Shown one piece after another: positions 58,362-64,000 of a stretch of DNA of 64,000 nucleotides. The position numbers and the translations under genes were made by a program. Location: positions 291,577 through 355,576 of the forward strand of contig CAWEGC010000008.1 of NCBI GenBank assembly GCA_963808495.1, in the 5' to 3' direction. The notes beneath the pieces were generated by a model that saw nothing but the letters and a program-made list of their open reading frames with translations, did no database searches and was not told the origin of the DNA. Source of the DNA: an uncultured Actinomycetota bacterium. Its GTDB lineage: Bacteria; Actinomycetota; Actinomycetes; Propionibacteriales; Propionibacteriaceae. How positions within the stretch are numbered: position 1 is the stretch's first letter; each line of letters starts with the position of its first letter.

Positions 58362-59414
58362 TTACAACCAATGTACTTTTTTGAAGACCAGGTAGAGAAT
58401 GACGCCAGTTGCGACCATCGCAAGAATGGCCATCGGATAGCCGAATTGCCATCGCAGTTCAGGCATGTGGTCGAAATTCATGCCGTAAATAGTGCCCACC
58501 AGGGTAGGGGCGAACAAAATAGCGGCCCACGCCGAGATGCGTTTGACTTCCTCATTCTGACTGAGGCTGGCCTCCGTGAGTGACCGCATCTCCTCGTTCT
58601 GCTGCTGCGCGACCACGGCGGTATGAACGGTCAGGGCGTTCTGCAAGAGCGCTCGGAAGGAGTCCACGCGATCCACCACCCTGATGACATGGTCCTGGAC
58701 ATCGCGTAGGTCGCGGCGCAGTTCAACATCGACGTTGTATTTGTCGAACCCCGCTTCCAACGCGGCCAAGATGTTCAGCAGCGGCCGCGTGGTGCGCTGG
58801 AACTCAATCACTTCCCGAGTCAGGTCGTAGATCCGGCGGGACACGGCGGGATCCCCGCTGAAGAGCTGATCCTCGATCTCATCGATGTCGTTCTCCAGTC
58901 CGGCCACCACAGGACCGTACTCATCGACAACCTGATCCATGATGGCGTACAGCACCGCTTCCGGACCGAGGCGCAGCAGCGCAGCGCTGCCCTCTAGCCG
59001 GCGACGAACCTTTGCCAGATCCGGTGACTCGGCGTGCCGGATCGTGACCACATAATCGGGACCGAGGAAGACGTGCAGCTCACCGAATTCGACCTTCTCC
59101 TCCTGGTCGAGGTAGCGAGCTGGACGGAGCACAGTGAAGAGCAGCGCGCCGTACCGCTCCAGCTTGGGACGTTGATGGGCTGCAATCGCATCATCGACCG
59201 CCAGCGGGTGCAGGTCGAACTCGGTTGCGACCGAGAGAATGTCATCTCTGGTCGGGCGATACAGCCCGATCCACGCCATCCCCCTTCGTTGCCGCAGCAA
59301 CTCATAGGTCTCCTCGAGATTCGCCGGGTCGTCGGTGCGACGGCCATCGACATAGATGGCGTTGTCGACCACGCTGCGGCGCTGCGACCTGTCCAGCTCC
59401 CTGCCCGTATCCAC
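58362..59414 (-). CDS. corA: CorA Mg/Co transporter
   Basis: LHPLAVDD, HQRPKLE, YGMNF signature, two C-terminal TM helices; GGAG before GTG 59414. Confidence 0.92.
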   Translation of the reverse strand: MDTGRELDRSQRRSVVDNAIYVDGRRTDDPANLEETYELLRQRRGMAWIGLYRPTRDDILSVATEFDLHPLAVDDAIAAHQRPKLERYGALLFTVLRPARYLDQEEKVEFGELHVFLGPDYVVTIRHAESPDLAKVRRRLEGSAALLRLGPEAVLYAIMDQVVDEYGPVVAGLENDIDEIEDQLFSGDPAVSRRIYDLTREVIEFQRTTRPLLNILAALEAGFDKYNVDVELRRDLRDVQDHVIRVVDRVDSFRALLQNALTVHTAVVAQQQNEEMRSLTEASLSQNEEVKRISAWAAILFAPTLVGTIYGMNFDHMPELRWQFGYPMAILAMVATGVILYLVFKKVHWL

Positions 59415-59427
59415 AACGACTCCGGTA

Positions 59428-60288
59428 TCAAGCTCTGCCGGCGTCGCGCCAGCCGTGCGCGGGTTGGTAGCCAAGCAGCCGTCTGGCCTTCTCGATCGAG
59501 AGCAGCGTTTCGTGCTCGCCGAGGTCGCCGCGGACCTCGACGTCAGGATAGAACTCGTTGACCAGCGCCGCGTTCGCTCGTGACGTGACGGTGTCGGCGT
59601 TGGCAATGATGAAGATCTCGGTTCCGGTCAGATCGGACTCGAGCGCCAAACGGACGGCCTGCGCGCCGTCTCGGGCATCGATGTAACCCCACAGGTTCCA
59701 CTTCCGCGAACCCGGGTCGTCGTTGAAGGCGGGAAAGCGTGCGTAGTCGGCCGGCTCCATCACGTTCGAGAACCGCAGTCCGATCATCTTCAGGTCCGGG
59801 TTCCAGCGGCATAGCTGAACGGCCATGGCCTCTTCGAGGGTCTTGACCAGCGAGTAGGTGGACTCAGGCCTGGGCGGGTACTCCTCGTCCACGGGAATGT
59901 ACGGCGGTGGGGTGTCGAACGGCAGCCCGAGCACGGTCTCGCTGGAAGCCCACACGATGTTGGTCACCGCCGCACGGCGCGCCGCGCTGAAGACATTCCA
60001 GGTGCACCCGATGTTGTTCATGAAGGTCAGGTGGTCGGCCACCCTCCCCGGCGCGGGGACCGCGGCGAGATGCACCAGTGCGTCGATCCTGGCGTACCTC
60101 TCCTCGACCCCCAGCATCGCGTCCAGCACCTGTCCGTAGTCGGTCAGGTCGATCGGAATGAACGCCGCACCCTCCGACGCCGGACGCACCCGATCGAACA
60201 CAACCACGTCCCACCCATGACGTATCAGCTCATCGACGCAGGCCCGCCCGAGCTTGCCCGCCCCACCAGTCACGACCACACGTGCCAT
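59428..60288 (-). CDS. NAD-dependent epimerase/dehydratase
   Basis: VTGGAGKLG, VHLAA, ASSETVLG, YSLVK. Confidence 0.88.
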   Translation of the reverse strand: MARVVVTGGAGKLGRACVDELIRHGWDVVVFDRVRPASEGAAFIPIDLTDYGQVLDAMLGVEERYARIDALVHLAAVPAPGRVADHLTFMNNIGCTWNVFSAARRAAVTNIVWASSETVLGLPFDTPPPYIPVDEEYPPRPESTYSLVKTLEEAMAVQLCRWNPDLKMIGLRFSNVMEPADYARFPAFNDDPGSRKWNLWGYIDARDGAQAVRLALESDLTGTEIFIIANADTVTSRANAALVNEFYPDVEVRGDLGEHETLLSIEKARRLLGYQPAHGWRDAGRA

Positions 60289-60371
60289 TGCCCGCCCTCC
60301 CTCGTTGAACCCACGCGGTCACCTTCGGGGGCGCGGCGAGCCGCCCCCACCATCACCAGCTCCGAGACCGC

Positions 60372-61371
<1,000 letters not shown>

Positions 61372-61550
61372 GGCTCATGCTCCTGTCGTCGTCTGAGGAA
61401 ATGGCCGCTCACCGACCGTCCAAGGACATGATCCACCCGGCCGGCCGAGCCTGCTCAACCGCTCAAACATGGCGGCATCTGCAGGAGCCGACTTGAACGA
61501 GTCTTGGGCCGGGCTACGTCGTCACGTGACCTGCCCAGGTCGGCGGTCGC

Positions 61551-62927
61551 TCAGTGCCCTGGTCCGGTGATGATCTTTTGGCGTTCGGATTCGTGGGCGC
61601 CACCTTTGCGGGCCAGCGTGGTGCACGCTTCGTCGATGTCTCGGGCGAGCGTTTCGACCTGTTCACGGCTCAGAGTCTCTTTGACCAGAGCCCGCATGAT
61701 CGAGACGTCCTGGGCGTTCGGAGGCAGGGTGTAGGCAGGCACCATCCAGCCTCGTTCGGCCGATAGCTGCCAGGCGAGGTCGAACTCGTCGAAACCCTCG
61801 TCGGACGCCAGCCGGAAGGAGACGAGGGGGAGCTGTTCCTCATCGGCGCCGATCAACTCGAACCTGCCGAGCTCTTGCAGCCGCTCGGCGAGGAATCTGG
61901 CGTTCTGCTGCATGTTCTTCATGATGTAGCTGTAGCCGGCGCGACCGTACCGGACGAGGTTGTAGTACTGGGCGAGCACCATGGCCGAGCCGGTGGAGAA
62001 GTTCAGGGTGAAGGTCGCGTCGGTCTTCCCCAGGTAGTTCTCCTCGAACACCAGATCGTGGGCCAGGTCAGATGTCTCCCGGAAGATCAACCAGCCCACG
62101 CCGGGGTAGACCAGCCCGAACTTGTGTCCGGAGACGTTGATGGAGCGCACCTGGTCGAGGCGGAAGTCCCATTCGGAGTCCGGGTACAGAAATGGCCAAA
62201 CGAATCCGCCGCTCGCGCCGTCGACGTGCAGGGAAATGTCGAGTCCCCGCTCGTTCTTCACCTGGACGAGCAGGTTGTTGATGCCGACGATGTCGTCCTT
62301 GTGCCCGGTGAATGTGGTCCCGAGCACGGCCGCGACGCCGATGGTGTTCTCGTCGAGGTGGGGACTGACATCGTCAGGGCCGATCGTGTACTTTCCGGGC
62401 TGGAGCGGCACGATCCGCGGTTCCACATCGAAGTAACGACAGAACTTCTCCCAGACGACGTGCACGTCGCCGCCGAAGACGAGGTTCGGACTTGTCGTCG
62501 GCTGTCCGGCCGCCTGGCGGCGCTCCCTCCACTTCCACTTCAGCGACAGCGCACCGAGCATGATCGCCTCCGATGATCCCTGCGTTCGTGCCCCCGTCGT
62601 CTCCCCAGGTGCATGGAAGAGGTCGGCGAGCATCCGGATACAGCGCTGCTCGATCTCGGCCGTGCGCGGGTATTCAGCGTGGTCGATGAAGTTGCGGTGC
62701 AGGTTGGCGGCGATGATCCGCTGTGCCTCCGGCTCCATCCACGTGGTGACGAAGGTGGCCAGGTTGTGCGCCGGGTCGCCTTCGATCGCGAGGTCCTCGA
62801 ACACCAGCCGCATCGCGTCGGCCGCGGGCATACCTTCGACCGGAAACTCACGGCTGGGGACGTCCTGGGTAATGAAGCGATTACCGAACAGCGCTGTGTC
62901 TGCGTCGGTGTGGGCTTGGGCGGTCAT
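61551..62927 (-). CDS. gadB: Glutamate decarboxylase
   Basis: NLATFVTTWME, GSSEAIML, WEKFCRYFDVE, HVDGASGGF, SGHKFG (PLP Lys), GWMVPAYT; RBS GAAGGAG before ATG 62927. Confidence 0.93.
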   Translation of the reverse strand: MTAQAHTDADTALFGNRFITQDVPSREFPVEGMPAADAMRLVFEDLAIEGDPAHNLATFVTTWMEPEAQRIIAANLHRNFIDHAEYPRTAEIEQRCIRMLADLFHAPGETTGARTQGSSEAIMLGALSLKWKWRERRQAAGQPTTSPNLVFGGDVHVVWEKFCRYFDVEPRIVPLQPGKYTIGPDDVSPHLDENTIGVAAVLGTTFTGHKDDIVGINNLLVQVKNERGLDISLHVDGASGGFVWPFLYPDSEWDFRLDQVRSINVSGHKFGLVYPGVGWLIFRETSDLAHDLVFEENYLGKTDATFTLNFSTGSAMVLAQYYNLVRYGRAGYSYIMKNMQQNARFLAERLQELGRFELIGADEEQLPLVSFRLASDEGFDEFDLAWQLSAERGWMVPAYTLPPNAQDVSIMRALVKETLSREQVETLARDIDEACTTLARKGGAHESERQKIITGPGH

Positions 62928-63028
62928 TCGCTCTCCTTCGGTCGGCTCATCTGGACGGATGCGCAGCTTGGCTGGCTGGGATGGTGCTGCGGGTCCACAA
63001 GGGTGAATGTTGATCACCGGCTCTCCGG

Positions 63029-63728
63029 TCATGGGTTGGTCGGGCGCACGACAGCCGCGGCTCTGCACTGACTGCCTCCACGCCGGAAACATCAGTGCGG
63101 CTCCGATCAAGAAACACAAAGCGCCGAGCAGAGTGCCGAGGACGGTGATCCGAACGCTGACAAGATCGCCCGTGGCGGGCAGCACGAAGCTGCCCAAGGC
63201 TGAGGCCATGAACAGGATGGATCCGATCATGTTCAGCCACGCGATCTGCCACGGGACTGATCGCGGCTGAAAACTCCAGAAGCGGCCCACGGCGAGGATG
63301 CCGAACACGCTGGCCACGAGGAATAGCGTCGAGCCGTAGACATCGGGCCGCCACACGTGCCGGTCCTGCTGCTGGACAGTGGCGTTCTGGGCCAGGGCGG
63401 CCAGGGTGCTGATGTTGAAGAACAGTGTGCCCGGAAACTGCGTGATCGCTGCGAGCCAACCGCGGTCATGCGGAAGCCAGCGCCAGATCGCCACCGGCTC
63501 CGGCGTGTTCTGCTGGGTGTCGTCGACCTGCGTCATCGACGGGTTCTCCGACTGCAGGAGTTGCAGGAATGACGCAGACGTGAAGAAGATCGATCCCACG
63601 AAGTAGGTGACGCCGTCCGCGACACCCCCAACCGCGTTGATGTAGGCCGGCACCGATCCCAGCACGAAGCACGTCGAGCCCACGACGAACAAGGTGGCGA
63701 TCGCCGCGTTGAGTCGAACCGGCCGCAT
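63029..63728 (-). CDS. YrhK-like multi-TM membrane protein (reads in frame into gad as assembled; end approximate)
   Basis: About 6 TM helices with repeated GS/GT-x-x-F motifs (FVVGSTCF, FVGSIFF, FPGTLFF, YGSTLF, IGSILF, LGALCF). Confidence 0.65.
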
Positions 63729-64000
63729 CCTCACGCTGTGCCTCCCACCGGGCAGAACATCCAGCCTCAGGCACGATCTCAGCTTCCGACTCACCCGCGG
63801 AGGGTGGAATCGGTGGTCTGCCCATGTCATCGAGACGGAGGTCATCAATGCGACGGCTCGTCCAGCATGAGTTGGGTGAGGCCTGGAGCGAGGGAGCACA
63901 GTTGATCATTTGCCGTCGCCTGTCGGTGCTTGCTCGAGTCGGCGCGGGGCCTGGCGGCGAAGGCTGATGGCAATCGGAGGGAACACGATGACGGAAAGCA

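Noticed and set aside
59415-59606. N-terminal extension of CorA overlapping the epimerase
   Set aside because: It overlaps a real gene on the same strand; an RBS and GTG at 59414 give a normal start.

Overview
High-GC actinobacterial DNA; gene content and order suggest a Propionibacteriales/Microlunatus-like organism (inference). Many genes are broken by single-base indels, often in G/C homopolymers, which look like long-read assembly errors, so I merged such fragments into single genes. The left half is mostly core genes: comEC/comEA, an inserted histidine-utilisation operon (hutH-hutU-M20 hydrolase-hutF-hutI), degV, leuS with a leader-peptide attenuator, an AlkZ-like glycosylase, galE, amt-glnK-glnD, pfkB and a SWIM-SNF2 helicase. 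The right half is accessory and stress-related: a STAND adenylate cyclase, treS, a stressosome locus, arsR/arsM/arsC, corA, aldo-keto reductases and glutamate decarboxylase. There are two main candidates for an undescribed system. (1) A stressosome operon (48.2-50.9 kb) in which the RsbT kinase is fused to an ECF sigma factor plus a ZAS-type zinc finger, followed by RsbR, RsbS and a stand-alone RsbU N-terminal domain with no phosphatase. (2) A three-gene operon (32.9-35.8 kb) encoding a ~237-aa protein built from ~30 D-x-G-A repeats (hidden by a frameshift), a JmjC/ROX-type 2-oxoglutarate-Fe oxygenase and an Apd1/Aim32-like ferredoxin, which looks like a substrate-plus-modifying-enzyme system. 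No rRNA, tRNA, CRISPR array or transposase was recognised.
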